A stretch of 64,000 nt of DNA from an uncultured Gammaproteobacteria bacterium (GTDB lineage Bacteria > Pseudomonadota > Gammaproteobacteria > UBA9214): positions 672,001 to 736,000 of the forward strand of contig CAVVHS010000006.1 of assembly GCA_963748215.1 (NCBI GenBank). Direction: 5' to 3'. Below the pieces are notes generated by a model. The model had not been told where the DNA came from and did no database searches. It was given only the letters and a program-made list of their open reading frames with translations. Positions 41,801-51,692 of this stretch are shown piece after piece (the first letter of the stretch is position 1; each line of letters opens with the position of its first letter). The position numbers and the translations under genes were made by a program.

Positions 41801-44722
41801 CAGCACAAAGCTCCCATCCGGGTTGCGTGCGGCGGCATCGGCGCGCGTGTTCCACGACAGCAGGGTGTTGCCCTCGACATCGCTGATCAGCGATGTGGTT
41901 TTCAGGTGCGGCGGCAATGTAGCCTGCAGGGCCGGATTACCGATCTGCGGTTTGCCCTGCCCGTCGTTACGCGACTGGGAGTCGTGCCAGTACTTCACCA
42001 CGTACTTCTTGAAGTTGTTGCCCGTGGCATCGACCGCCGGATCACGCACCACCGTCTCACGACCCAGCACGTCGAGGTTGCCGCCATTGTTGGGATCACC
42101 CTCCAGCATGCGTGGGAAGGCATCGACAAAATCAATATCGCGGTACTGATTGTTCGGTGAGCATGGCCCGCTGAAGCAGGGGTTTTGCGCACCATTCAAC
42201 TCCTCCTTTGGATTGCCGATCGCCGGCTTGGCGATCTGCGACACGATGGAGTTGTAGGCCGGCAGCACGCAGCAGTAGGCGAACTCGAAGCCCGTGCAGT
42301 GCATGCCGAGCTCGTAGTTCATCATGAACTTGAAGTCGGTCTGCTTGGGCAGCACGCGCACATTCACCGTGGCGACCGTGGACAGGTTGGTGCCGTCCGA
42401 GGCCTGGTAGGTAAAGGTGTCGTCCAGGTAGGCCGCACCACCCAGTGGTGCGCCGGCCGGCGGCGTGTAGGTGAACGAACCATCCGCGTTCAGGGTTACG
42501 CTACCCTGGGTACCTGTAGTATTAAGACTGACTGCCGTCAGCGGATCAGACTGCTCGTCGAAGTCGTTATACAACACGCCCGACAGGCGTGTAGCCGGCA
42601 CCGTCAGGGCCTGGTTGCGGACCGTGGTGTAGGAATCACCGCGTGCCGTGGGCGCCTGCTGCGCTGCCACGCAGCCTCCGGGCAGATCGACACAGGAAGG
42701 TCCCGGAGCCTGACCAATTTGTGCCTTGGTAAAGGTGAAATCGGTGGGATCCACGATACCGTTGCCGTTTATGTCCCGATCCGGATTGACCGTCCCTACT
42801 GCGGCCTTGATGGATGTGAAATCAGTCGGATCCACGATGCCGTTGTTGTTAAAGTCCGCATCGCAGACATTACCGTACCCGTCAGCGTTGGTGTCGCGCT
42901 GATCGGCGTTGACCTTCTCGATGCAGTTGTCCTGGTTATCCGGGACGCCATCCTGGTCGAAATCACCGGCTACCACCGGCTGAACCGTGATGGTGACGGT
43001 CGCCACATTGCTGTTGTCGGTGCCATCGTTCGCCACGTAGGTGAAGCTGGCATTACCACTGAAGCCCGCGGCCGGTGTGTAGGTGAACGAACCATTGGCA
43101 GCCAGGTTCAATGTGCCACTGGTCGGGCCTGACTGCAGCAGGGCGGTCAGGGTGTCGCCATCGGCGTCGGTGTCATTGCCCAGGACGCCCGGGGCAGGCA
43201 CGATCAGCTGGGTCTGGAACGCGGTACTGTAGCTGTCATTATTGGCTACCGGGGGCGCGTTAGCCGGTGAACCGACCGTGATGGTGACGGTCGCCGTGTT
43301 GCCGTTGACGGTGCCATCATTCGCCGCGTAGGTGAAGCTGGCATTACCACTGAAGCCCGCGGCCGGTGTGTAGGTGAACGAACCATCGGCAGCCAGGTTC
43401 AAGGTACCGCTGGTCGGGCCTGACTGCAGGATGGCCGTCAGCGGATCGCCGTTGTCGTCGGTGTCATTGCCCAGGACGCCCGGGGCAGGCACGGTCAGCG
43501 GGGTCTGGAAGGCCGTGCTGTAGCTGTCGTTATTGGCGACCGGGGGCACGTTGGGCGGATTGCCGACCGTGATGGTGACGGTTGCCGTATTGCCGTTGAC
43601 GGTGCCATCGTTCGCCGCATAGGTGAAGCTGGCAGTACCGGTGAAACCCGCGGCCGGCGTATAGGTGAACGAGCCGTTGGAATTCAGATTCAGGGTGCCG
43701 CTGGTCACGGCAGACTGCAGGACAGCAGTCAGCGGATCACCGTTGGCGTCCGTGTCATTGCCCAGCACACCCGGGGCGGGAACGGTCAGCGGTGTCTGGA
43801 AGGCCGTGCTGTAGCTGTCGTTATTCGCTACCGGGGGCACGTTGGGCGGATTGCCGACCGTGATGGTGACGGTCGCCGTATTGCCGTTGACGGTGCCATC
43901 GTTGGCCGCGTAGGTAAAGGTCGCATTGCCACTGAAACCGGCGGCCGGTGTATAGGTGAACGAGCCAGAAGCACTCAGATTCAATGTGCCACTGGTCGGG
44001 CCAGACTGCAGCACGGCGGTCAACGTATCACCATTGGCGTCCGTGTCATTGCCCAGAACGCCCGGGGCAGGAACGATCAACTGGGTCTGGAAGGCTGTGC
44101 TGTAGGAGTCAGGATTGGCGACCGGTGGCGTATTGGGAGCCGCCGGGTCCACCGCGCCTGAGCCGGGATAGGTGTTGGTGCCTGACGAGACGCAGTTGTT
44201 GCGGCCCCAGACGGGCACCGCGCCCAAGGTCCAGCCTGGCTGGGTGTTGGCATTGATCTCCTGCAGGTTGGTGAAGCCCCCCGCATCGCCATCGGAGTTC
44301 ACCGCTTCAACGGCAGCAATTCGCGCCGCGATTCCACCCGTGGCGCCGTTGCACGCAGCCAGGGCGAAGCCGTAGGGGTTGATGTTCTGGGTGCTCGACC
44401 CGTGGCACAGCTGGCAACTGGCATTGTTGTCCGATGCCGAGCCGGGATAGATGCCCTGCCAGGTACTTAAATAGCCACTGGTGGCATGCGCGGCCGACGC
44501 GGCCAGCAGCAGGCCCAGCAACAGCAGCGACGGGAGCACGAACCCACATGCTCCGGGAGTTGCTGCTGGTTGTATTGTGATTCGTGATTCCGCGCGCACG
44601 TGCGCCGGCGACAGAGAAGAATGTTGGGAAGGCCTGGCAATCAGTGTGCCGATCCTGCGGAGTGTGCTCCAGATGCGACAGCGGAGCGTTCCATCAAGCC
44701 TGTTCGTTGCGGTTGTTTTCAT
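38897..44722 (-). CDS. Giant decaheme cytochrome c (~1940 aa) with Ig/cadherin-like repeats and TSP3-dockerin module
   Basis: Signal ending AHA; 1 N-terminal + 9 C-terminal CxxCH; four ~98-aa PVANNDSY...GVLGNDTD...GSFTYTP repeats plus a fifth; duplicated DxNxNGIVDPTDF; NYELGMHC. Start at MKTTAT, with GGAG upstream. Confidence 0.9.
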   Translation of the reverse strand: MKTTATNRLDGTLRCRIWSTLRRIGTLIARPSQHSSLSPAHVRAESRITIQPAATPGACGFVLPSLLLLGLLLAASAAHATSGYLSTWQGIYPGSASDNNASCQLCHGSSTQNINPYGFALAACNGATGGIAARIAAVEAVNSDGDAGGFTNLQEINANTQPGWTLGAVPVWGRNNCVSSGTNTYPGSGAVDPAAPNTPPVANPDSYSTAFQTQLIVPAPGVLGNDTDANGDTLTAVLQSGPTSGTLNLSASGSFTYTPAAGFSGNATFTYAANDGTVNGNTATVTITVGNPPNVPPVANNDSYSTAFQTPLTVPAPGVLGNDTDANGDPLTAVLQSAVTSGTLNLNSNGSFTYTPAAGFTGTASFTYAANDGTVNGNTATVTITVGNPPNVPPVANNDSYSTAFQTPLTVPAPGVLGNDTDDNGDPLTAILQSGPTSGTLNLAADGSFTYTPAAGFSGNASFTYAANDGTVNGNTATVTITVGSPANAPPVANNDSYSTAFQTQLIVPAPGVLGNDTDADGDTLTALLQSGPTSGTLNLAANGSFTYTPAAGFSGNASFTYVANDGTDNSNVATVTITVQPVVAGDFDQDGVPDNQDNCIEKVNADQRDTNADGYGNVCDADFNNNGIVDPTDFTSIKAAVGTVNPDRDINGNGIVDPTDFTFTKAQIGQAPGPSCVDLPGGCVAAQQAPTARGDSYTTVRNQALTVPATRLSGVLYNDFDEQSDPLTAVSLNTTGTQGSVTLNADGSFTYTPPAGAPLGGAAYLDDTFTYQASDGTNLSTVATVNVRVLPKQTDFKFMMNYELGMHCTGFEFAYCCVLPAYNSIVSQIAKPAIGNPKEELNGAQNPCFSGPCSPNNQYRDIDFVDAFPRMLEGDPNNGGNLDVLGRETVVRDPAVDATGNNFKKYVVKYWHDSQSRNDGQGKPQIGNPALQATLPPHLKTTSLISDVEGNTLLSWNTRADAAARNPDGSFVLGNSECTDPLDPLTCAAINVVQGNGDYGDIGNTFGVPVDNYQNAVWNHLYIYADTEGSNPTGTSLESAKLRLGLDVDYPTNYGPGGHPMGPVSGGVFNDNAFMTFSEDTGTVVFTQMKLVENLPIMLTSPRIWEALGLPLTPFEDTLGFFADPGLVDEDSIRPYVQMSAQLHDAVCDAAGNCTAGNVVLDGSGHPVQGFGDAPIDIPNCERCHSAPPTDAFGNVNVNSPNVIPANEVLVNLEYDFWAAYYDLDVAGGDSDWYARLKGAAISILGTHDTQHGTQFLANYPAAAAIPAGSPFNPVTELGGLSEPFFNSPANCLVNKAPTGPACASHADCAGIGDEVCDLPQNTRIGHDSVICQKCHADNVIAVVKSTNCGGAASCAEGGLIPALSQALHHNHRSQSEGGDIVFNDATGRDGGCQGCHPAHRSDGVMDGYPIDLDGNNFQASGDNRLAQGGCFVGRDVHSNPMKDVDGAETPEHLTAVGQYLSDFVFRNQSQEPGGTEDMRGIWCTNCHSQAGQQMWKAENCISLVHNDCAPGENPRAAVDMADLATQLGTTLAQLESWVDPKDPAIDPDLPLSGAGTRPADDTHFIWKSDPGLCNYVVSVATGAPLDPTFDGNVATIEVAIPSAGQACSTPGQVGPVDCSAEGGPVFNICGNFDADGDFTANIMDFCTTPDCVTAAQATLVNSLAFTIPFSTSTATTASDGRDHWLSAGEPHCADCHKAPYTEQSGNVNAFPPFNYPRKASLMRYSRGHQDITCQGCHESIHGLYPVTPTIDNTSYAQAAGLNQDGSHGPLKCATCHTHVNADQVPVWVDGLSYTDPVDGGPAVPVINDFDAAVSWAHTYTDEADPRASVCLNCHGNLSGAISANNEEWQIHAMINRVSRLAMDDAEANAGVVSGVPDPVNPYTGGTTTVCRACHGNEGNVSCGNTNRGREWKRHLIEGRVSEAVWEEVSIARTGTTCGW
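42985..44135. repeat. Four ~294-bp near-identical intragenic repeats
   Basis: Tandem Ig-like repeat units in the cytochrome gene. Confidence 0.9.
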
Positions 44723-44922
44723 TGTCTCTCCTCCATTCACCGGGTGGGCCCGGCATTCGTATAGTGGCGATTGTTGGTATAACCAAACTAAATTTATTGT
44801 TGCAGACCTCTCACCCCCTGGGCGTTCAGTGCACGGGTCTGCTTCTGCTTCAGCGTAGTACAGGATACTGGGTTGACCTGCACGTCGCTGCACAAACTCA
44901 ATCAATTCCTGAACTTTTCTAA

Positions 44923-44938
44923 TGCAATATCCTGGCCA
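44923..44938 (-). promoter_or_regulatory. Putative sigma54 (-24/-12) promoter of the giant cytochrome gene
   Basis: Minus strand TGGCCAGGATATTGCA = GG-N10-GC; repeated TGTCAG boxes upstream at 45003-45060. Confidence 0.55.
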
Positions 44939-45405
44939 ACTCACCACCCTCACTAACTGCTTGAATATATATCGATTACACTCGCATGGTGCGCGCCACA
45001 CCTGTCAGGCCTGCCATAAATGTCAGGCCTGCCTGTCAGACTGAATGCCAATTGTGTCAGTGCGCGGGCGGCATTGAACATTCCTTCTGCGTGCACCACG
45101 CCCCGGTACGACCGGCACAGGCCTGTGCCGGTACCGATGCCCCACCCTGCAGTGCCGTTTCGTTGCGCGTGTGGCGCATGAATCGACGATCCCGAGGTGG
45201 CCGGCATCAGCTGTGCGCACTCCGGCGTGCGTACCCGGAGGGCTCTGCACGTTGAAGTTTGCGCTCATCGCACGGCATGCTTGACCGGCGCAGGATATCC
45301 GGGCGACACGCGGCCGCGCTGCCTTCAAGACAGGCGAATGGCGCGGGCTTCTCGTCAGGTGCGAGCGCCGACAAGCGCTTGCTTGGAGACATCCGGTTCC
45401 CGCCG

Positions 45406-46544
45406 TTACTTCGAACCCGGGATGCTGAGCCAGTCCGTCACCGCCATCAGCCCGTCCTGCCCCGCCTTCGGCAGCTGCGCGATATAACAGCCCTTGGACA
45501 CAAAGCGCTGGTCGGGTGCCAGCGTGATGCAGGGATACACGAAGTGTAGTCCGCACTATCCACCTCATGCTAAAAGCGTTTCTGGAAGCCGTCACGATTG
45601 AAATAACCGCGAATGCTGCCGGGCGCGCGCCCGGCGAGCTTCAGGACAAAATAACTGTTGGCCTGAATGCGCGCCGCTTCGGGCGCAAGGATGCGCTTGA
45701 TACGCAACCAGCCGGTGGACGGGCCAGCAACCTCGGCAGCTGGTCCGGCAGTTCCTGCGGATGCACAAAAAATACCCGCTCGCGCAGCGCGTCCGTCAGT
45801 TCGGAATACTCGCTGTCGTACAGTATGGTCGATACATAGAAAGGTGTCGGGAGATTGCCGGCATCGAGCCGTGCCCAGAACGTTGCGAGATCGGATTGAC
45901 GCAGCCACAGGACGACAACCGCGTTACGCTTTGCCTGCAATGTTGCCAGTAATGTCTCGAACGAACCTTCAGGTCCGAGGGGAACATCGTTTATCTGCGT
46001 GCCCTGCATTGCCAGCATGCGCCGCAGTGCAGCGGCCGCTCCTTCCGCGTCGCCGTCGCGGTATACCTGCAGCACGGGACCGGAGAGCAGGCCATCATCG
46101 GATAAATGCTGCGCGACGGCCTCGTACTGCAGGGTCATGCCACCGTCCAGGTAAACGGTGTAGAAATCCTGTTCGATGTGTACCGGAAGCGTGGTGTTCG
46201 GGAACAGGCAGGGAATCTCGATGTGTTCGCAGAATGTGTGCATGGGCTGCCAGCTCCCTGAGCAGACGGGTCGCGTCCCCGTGCATGTCCACCAGCGACC
46301 GGTCGAATAACTCGTAATGGTGCCCGGAACGGCTGTAGCCCTTATGCTCCAGCATATGCCGGTGATGCGCATGCGGATCTGCCTCGCCCTCACGGGGTTC
46401 GTTAACAGGATCGTCAATTACGGGTTCGTCCGGAACAGCGGGCTGCATGACAGGCTGGCGCATGCCGTGGTCATGCGGGCTCAAGGCAGATTCGGCAGCC
46501 TGTAACGGCGATGGGCTAATCGAAAGCGCAAGCAACATCGCCAC
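45406..46544 (-). pseudogene. Deletion-fused remnants: SCO-like N-terminus joined to a decayed periplasmic-binding-like protein
   Basis: His-rich leader (DPHAHHRHML...SLVDMHGD) breaks into PMHTFCEHIEIPCLFPNT in another frame; further frameshifts and a stop precede VYPCITLAPDQRFVSKGCYI...WLSIPGSK*. Confidence 0.6.
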
Positions 46545-46726
46545 ACCCAGCAGCCCGACCCCGGCCCTGCCTGACGTGGCATTTTTTCTTGTTATTCGGG
46601 AAAGTCATTAGCCTGGTTCCGGCTGGAGAAAATAATCATGGCGGGCAGTACGCTTGCGTAACAGCGTCGATTGATCGGGTAACATATCAATTCAGACGAG
46701 ACGCATTCCTTCTGATGGCAAGGTTG

Positions 46727-46800
46727 TTGGCCGAATGAATTCGGCCAGCGGTGTTTCATCGTCATTGAATCAGACCTGCAGGGTCGAATTCATTCGGCCA
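46727..46800. repeat. REP-like unit, inverted relative to 36397..36470
   Basis: Reverse complement matches gaatgaattcgaccct.cagg.ctgattcaatg.cgatgaaacaccg.tgg.cgaat. Confidence 0.7.
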
Positions 46801-46801
46801 T

Positions 46802-49800
46802 TCACGAACTGACGCGCCGGTAACGGCGATACAAACCGCCTGCCGCTACCAATAGAGACAGGGGAAACACCGGGTCGAGTGACGTTGTGGCGGTTGCAAC
46901 CAGCGTACAGCCGCCACCCCCACCCCCGGAACCCGCCGGCTGCACCGCCGCGACTGCCACGGCAATACCCACCGGGTCGGCAATCGTGCCAATGGCAGGG
47001 TCGGTATCGAACACCCCGTCATTGTCGGTCAGTGTCAGAGTGAAACTGCGCTGATTCAAGTCGATCAGGGCGTTGTTCACGGTACGCCAGGTGCCACTGA
47101 CATCCAGCTTGCGGATAACCGTGTTGGCGGGCAGCGCCGCACCCGGCGGCAGCTGCACGGTAACGGTGGCCGTATCCTGACCCACCGGAAGCACGACGCG
47201 GTAGCTGTACAGACCCAGCGGATAATCGTACGCCGTATCACCGGTGGGTAAATCCGATTCGACAAACAGCGGCAGTCCCGTGGCGGGGTTTGCTTCTATC
47301 ACAAGCGTTGCACCCGTGATTTCCGACACCTGAACCACCTCGTTCGCGTACTCGTTCACTCCCATCGCCTGGGCAACCCCGGCCGTGACAAAAAAGCTCA
47401 GCATTGCGGCGTCTGTCGCTGCCGTACCGGGCTCAAGCGCATCGATGATCCCGTCGCCATCCGTATCGGTGGGGTTGGCCGGGTCACCGAGTTCCAGCGC
47501 ATCGGTGATACCGTCGCCGTCGGTATCACCGCTCACCACGTTGGGATCCAGCGCGTTGGCAAGAGCCTGTGCATCGCTGATGCCATCACCATTGCTGTCG
47601 CTGTCGTCATCGTTGATGGTCACCGTGGCCGTGCTCACCGCACCCAGGCTGGCGCCGCCGGTAACATTCGACAGACTCAGCGTGAAGCTCTCGCTGGACT
47701 CCGGCACGCTGTCATTCAGGATCGGCACGCTGAACGACTGACTGCTTACCCCGTTGGCAAAGTCCAGTGTCCCGGTGCTGGTCGTGTAGTCGCTGCCGGC
47801 CAGCGCCGTGCCGTTGCCGGTTGCATAGCCAACGCTGACTGCACCCGCGCTGCCGCCCGTGCGCGTCACCGTCACCAGCACGCTCGCACCGTTCTCCGCC
47901 ACACTGTAAGTACCGGTACTGAACTGCACACTCCCCACCGGTAACGGGTCGTCATCGTTGATGGTCACCGTGGCCGTGGTCACGGCACCCAGGCTGGCGC
48001 CGCCGGTAACATTCGACAGACCGAGCGTGAAGCTCTCGCTCGGCTCCGGCACGCTGTCATTCAGGATCGGTACGCTGAACGTCTGGCTGGCGGTCACGCC
48101 GTCGGCAAAGGTCAGCGTCCCGGACCGCGTACTGTAATCACTGCCGGCCAGCGCCGTGCCGTTGCCGGTTGCATAGCCAACGCTGACTGCACCCGCGCTG
48201 CCGCCCGTGCGCGTCACCGTCACCAGCACGCTCGCACCGTTCTCCGCCACACTGTAAGTACCGGTACTGAACTGCACACTCCCCGCCGGCAGCGGGTCGT
48301 CATCGTTGATGGTCACCGTGGCCGTGCTCACGGCACCCAGGCTGGCGCCAGCGGTGGCATTCGACAAACTCAGCGTAAAGCTCTCGCTGGACTCCGGCAC
48401 GCTGTTATTCAGGATCGGTACGCTGAACGACTGGCTGATCACGCCATCGGTGAAAAGCAGCCGCCCGCCCACCGCGCCATAGTCACTGCCCGCGGTGGCC
48501 GTGCCGTCGCTACTTGCATAGTCGACGGTGATGGCACCCGTGCTGCCGCCGGTGCGGAGCACCGTCACCAGCAGAATCGCGCCATTCTCCGCCACGCTGT
48601 AACCGGCGGCGCTGAACTGCACACTGCCCGGCCCCGGTACAGCATCCCCGACACGGACGGGATAAAAGTCATGCAGCGTCTGACTGCGGCCTGTCAGCGT
48701 ATTCTGGCTGGTCACCGCCAGGCGCAGCGTGTAGCTACCCGGCGCGACACTGGTGCTGTCCCAATCGCCGAGCAGCATATTCTCCGCACCGCCCGTGCCG
48801 CTGAGGCCGGTCGGCTGCCAGCTGCCCTGCCGGTCACAGACCAGGAAATCCTCGCCCGGACAGACGTCGATGCGATAGCCGGTCGATACCCGGGCCGGAT
48901 CCCGGCCGTTCACGGTGCTGCCCGACAGCGCCACCACCCCGCTCAGGGTGTCCGTGGCATTGACCGGATTGAGCCGTACCGCCACCGGCGAGTACAGCGG
49001 ATCGCCATACAGAATGCCGCTGTTGTTGGCGGCGGCGAACCATACCGCATCCCCCAGCGGCAGGCCGCGCGTGAAATACACCAGCGGCGCCATGCCGCTC
49101 AGGCAGAACGCACAGCCAGCCGACTGGTGATGGCTCACGCTGCCCCAGAAGGCCACGCCGCCCAGCCGGTCCAGAAACGTCGCCGCATGATCGCCGGCTG
49201 CCACCTGGCGGTGACCCTCGCTGAAGGAGCCGTTGAGCGCCAGCTCCGCGCCCGCGCCCACCTGCTGCACGCTGACCGCGTCGATACCCAGCGCCCCGGC
49301 AAACACCCCGGTGGTTTCGATGCGGAACTTGATGCCGTCGTAACTGGCGGCGGCATGCAGCGCCGGGTCGAGCGGGAACGCAACCTCGACCGGTGTCCAG
49401 CCGGTATTGCCCGGGGCCAGCGTGGCGAGCTCGCGGGTGCCGTAGTCGACCTGGGCGCCGCCCGCCTCGCGCACGAAGAAGCGCACCTGCAGGGTGACGG
49501 GTGTGGCGAGATCGGCCGCCTGGTAGTGCAGGGCGATCCGGTAGGTCTGGGGGTTGCCGGTGTCCAGGGTCTGCGCGGCCAGCGGGAGACGCTGGGCCAG
49601 CACTACCCGGCGCTGGTCGGCACAGGGCAGGCCTGGCGGCGCCGAGAAGTCACTGGCCGGGAAACAGCGCGGCGCGGCCACCTGGTCGGTGTTGCGGAAC
49701 CACAGGCTGAAGCTGTCATCGAAGCCGGTGTCAGTACGCACCTCGGGCAAGGCCAGCTGGTTGACATCACCGTGACCGCCATCGTTCCAGCTGCTGTTGC

Positions 49801-51019
49801 CGGTGCTCTGGAACCAGCCCGTCGGCCACACCGCCAGGTACGACACCGGCCAGGACTGGTGGTTGTAGCCCATGAACCCGTCGGCCATGCCGACACAGTC
49901 CGTGTTGAGTTCCCCGAACACATCCGTGGATGCCGCCTGGCAGGCCGCGGGATCGGCCGCATCGCGGCACTCGGTGACCGTGCACTGGTCGTTCTTGCGC
50001 CAGTTGAGCAGGGCATCGAAACTGTGAACCGCCGCCTGCCCGTCCAGCCAGCCCTGATACAGCAGCGCATTCACCGCCTGCGGCTGGCGGCTCGCGGCAT
50101 TGCCCGGGGCCGGGTAGCTGGCGCTGGTGACCGGGTCGCTGTCCTCGTTGAGTTGCACCGTGCAGTGCGCCGGCGTCTTGCCTTCCGGCAACAGCCCGGA
50201 AAAATTCAGGTAGTCGACACACTCCGGACGGGCCTCGTCAAACAGCCCGAGCTGATAGGGCCAGCCGGTGATCCCGGTGGGTGGGTAAATCAGTCGCCCG
50301 GTACTGTTATCCACCCAGCGATTGAAGCGCGTGGAGCCGAACAGGCGGCCGGACAGGCCGCCGCGTTCCGCCGCCAGGGTCCGGTCCAGCAGCGCCCGGG
50401 CGGAGCCCAGCGTGAGCCCGTCGAGTCGCCCGATGATCAGTTCCCGGTCGGTGGCCGGCAATACGGTGCGCATGCCGCGGCCATCGCCAAACGCCACCTC
50501 GCGCTCGTTAAACGTGAGCCGCGTGTCCTCGGTAAAGTAATTGAGCAGCCAGTACTTGAGGTAGTTGTCCACCGAGGTCGGCGCGGTCGCATCGAACAGG
50601 GTGGAGCCGTCTACCACCATCCGGGTCGGCACCCCGCGCGTGGTGACCAGGTAGCGGATCCTGCTGTGAGCGCGCAACTGCTCCACGGCCGCCGGGCAAT
50701 AATACGGCGGCTCGCCATCCACACACACCGCCGGTGTCAGGGTCGGGTCGTCCAGCGTGTTGCGCTGCATGAAGTCGATGAGCTGATCGCGCAGGCGGCG
50801 AAAGTCGTCCCAGCCGATGAAGTAACCGGCAGGCACGCGCACATGCACGATGTTGGCGGGATCGATGTCACGCTGCTGGGCGTAATAGGTCCCCAGCTGG
50901 GGCGAATCCACCGAGTTGTCGTTGACAATGATCAGTACGTCATCGCGTGCTGCCTCGACCATCGACACCGTACACAACAACAGGCACGCAAGAGCTACTA
51001 GATGCATTCTGGTGATCAT
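46802..51019 (-). CDS. TIGR03790-like surface protein with 3 Calx-beta domains, choice-of-anchor-U-like domain and JDVT-CTERM/GlyGly-type sorting signal
   Basis: VLIIVNDNSVDS...YYAQQRDIDP, TTRGVP, GRLDG, LYGDPLYSP; GSVQFS...ATAGSDY...ATVTINDDD x3; LTLTDNDGVFDTDP...IADPVG; GGGGGGCTL...DPVFPL-TM-RRYRR. Confidence 0.8.
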   Translation of the reverse strand: MITRMHLVALACLLLCTVSMVEAARDDVLIIVNDNSVDSPQLGTYYAQQRDIDPANIVHVRVPAGYFIGWDDFRRLRDQLIDFMQRNTLDDPTLTPAVCVDGEPPYYCPAAVEQLRAHSRIRYLVTTRGVPTRMVVDGSTLFDATAPTSVDNYLKYWLLNYFTEDTRLTFNEREVAFGDGRGMRTVLPATDRELIIGRLDGLTLGSARALLDRTLAAERGGLSGRLFGSTRFNRWVDNSTGRLIYPPTGITGWPYQLGLFDEARPECVDYLNFSGLLPEGKTPAHCTVQLNEDSDPVTSASYPAPGNAASRQPQAVNALLYQGWLDGQAAVHSFDALLNWRKNDQCTVTECRDAADPAACQAASTDVFGELNTDCVGMADGFMGYNHQSWPVSYLAVWPTGWFQSTGNSSWNDGGHGDVNQLALPEVRTDTGFDDSFSLWFRNTDQVAAPRCFPASDFSAPPGLPCADQRRVVLAQRLPLAAQTLDTGNPQTYRIALHYQAADLATPVTLQVRFFVREAGGAQVDYGTRELATLAPGNTGWTPVEVAFPLDPALHAAASYDGIKFRIETTGVFAGALGIDAVSVQQVGAGAELALNGSFSEGHRQVAAGDHAATFLDRLGGVAFWGSVSHHQSAGCAFCLSGMAPLVYFTRGLPLGDAVWFAAANNSGILYGDPLYSPVAVRLNPVNATDTLSGVVALSGSTVNGRDPARVSTGYRIDVCPGEDFLVCDRQGSWQPTGLSGTGGAENMLLGDWDSTSVAPGSYTLRLAVTSQNTLTGRSQTLHDFYPVRVGDAVPGPGSVQFSAAGYSVAENGAILLVTVLRTGGSTGAITVDYASSDGTATAGSDYGAVGGRLLFTDGVISQSFSVPILNNSVPESSESFTLSLSNATAGASLGAVSTATVTINDDDPLPAGSVQFSTGTYSVAENGASVLVTVTRTGGSAGAVSVGYATGNGTALAGSDYSTRSGTLTFADGVTASQTFSVPILNDSVPEPSESFTLGLSNVTGGASLGAVTTATVTINDDDPLPVGSVQFSTGTYSVAENGASVLVTVTRTGGSAGAVSVGYATGNGTALAGSDYTTSTGTLDFANGVSSQSFSVPILNDSVPESSESFTLSLSNVTGGASLGAVSTATVTINDDDSDSNGDGISDAQALANALDPNVVSGDTDGDGITDALELGDPANPTDTDGDGIIDALEPGTAATDAAMLSFFVTAGVAQAMGVNEYANEVVQVSEITGATLVIEANPATGLPLFVESDLPTGDTAYDYPLGLYSYRVVLPVGQDTATVTVQLPPGAALPANTVIRKLDVSGTWRTVNNALIDLNQRSFTLTLTDNDGVFDTDPAIGTIADPVGIAVAVAAVQPAGSGGGGGGCTLVATATTSLDPVFPLSLLVAAGGLYRRYRRVSS

Positions 51020-51499
51020 GTCTTCTCCGTCAGGAGAAAGTTACCGTCACAGGTACTTTCTCCTGAAAATGTTGTTCTTGTTTCGATGCATGCCCCGGAT
51101 CTGACTCCATGACTGATTTCATTGTCGAGATATTGACTGACCACGTTTCATGCATACGCAGAATGTCGCAGCATCGATGACCTTGATTACTTTAGCGTGC
51201 ATGCGATATTGACAACTATTGGTATGTTTGCCCCAAGTTATTGACATGTCAAGGGGAATGCCGGACAGGTGTCACCAGGCGAGTTGTCATTCACAACAAT
51301 CACACGTCATCGTGCAGGACCATGCGCATTGCCTGAGTAGTCAGGACGACGACGATTGCATGGAAGCGCAACATGATATCCGTCCATCCTGTTTCTGTAT
51401 GGCCAGCGGCCGCGGTTAGTACACACCCAACGTGTCAACTATCACCTTAGCGTTCAATGGTACAGAACACTTGATGACAAAAACCGGAACTGGGCAGGC

Positions 51500-51537
51500 A
51501 AAAAAAACCCACCCTGAACATATGTGCAGGGTGGGCA
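51500..51537 (-). terminator. Intrinsic terminator downstream of the cohesin/PEP-CTERM gene
   Basis: cccaccctg/cagggtggg stem followed by T8 on the minus strand. Confidence 0.75.
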
Positions 51538-51692
51538 TTGGTTTGCTGATTTTTGTTAGGCTTGGCTGCGGCACGCTTGGTGTATGTATTATGCAGCTTG
51601 TCAGGAAGCCAGCCTGTTCCTCGTTCAGCTATCCCTTTTCGGAGTGAGAAACTCCTTCTGTTGTTATACGGGAACTGTTAGCGAACCCGTTT

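Noticed and set aside
31146-44722. Naming the cytochromes MtrC/OmcA/OmcZ/OmcS
   Set aside because: Heme spacing and motifs do not match those families as I recall them; only functional analogy is claimed
44723-45001. N-terminal extension of the giant cytochrome
   Set aside because: Contains the putative sigma54 promoter; the RBS-like site fits a start at 44722
48671-51001. 776-aa plus-strand ORF (likewise 31788..33536, 40712..42160, 53595..55439)
   Set aside because: Antisense shadows of GC-rich genes that have clear domains on the minus strand
51540-51690. Long 3' UTR with a few GGA motifs as a possible CsrA-binding sRNA
   Set aside because: Too few motifs and no clear repeated stem-loops
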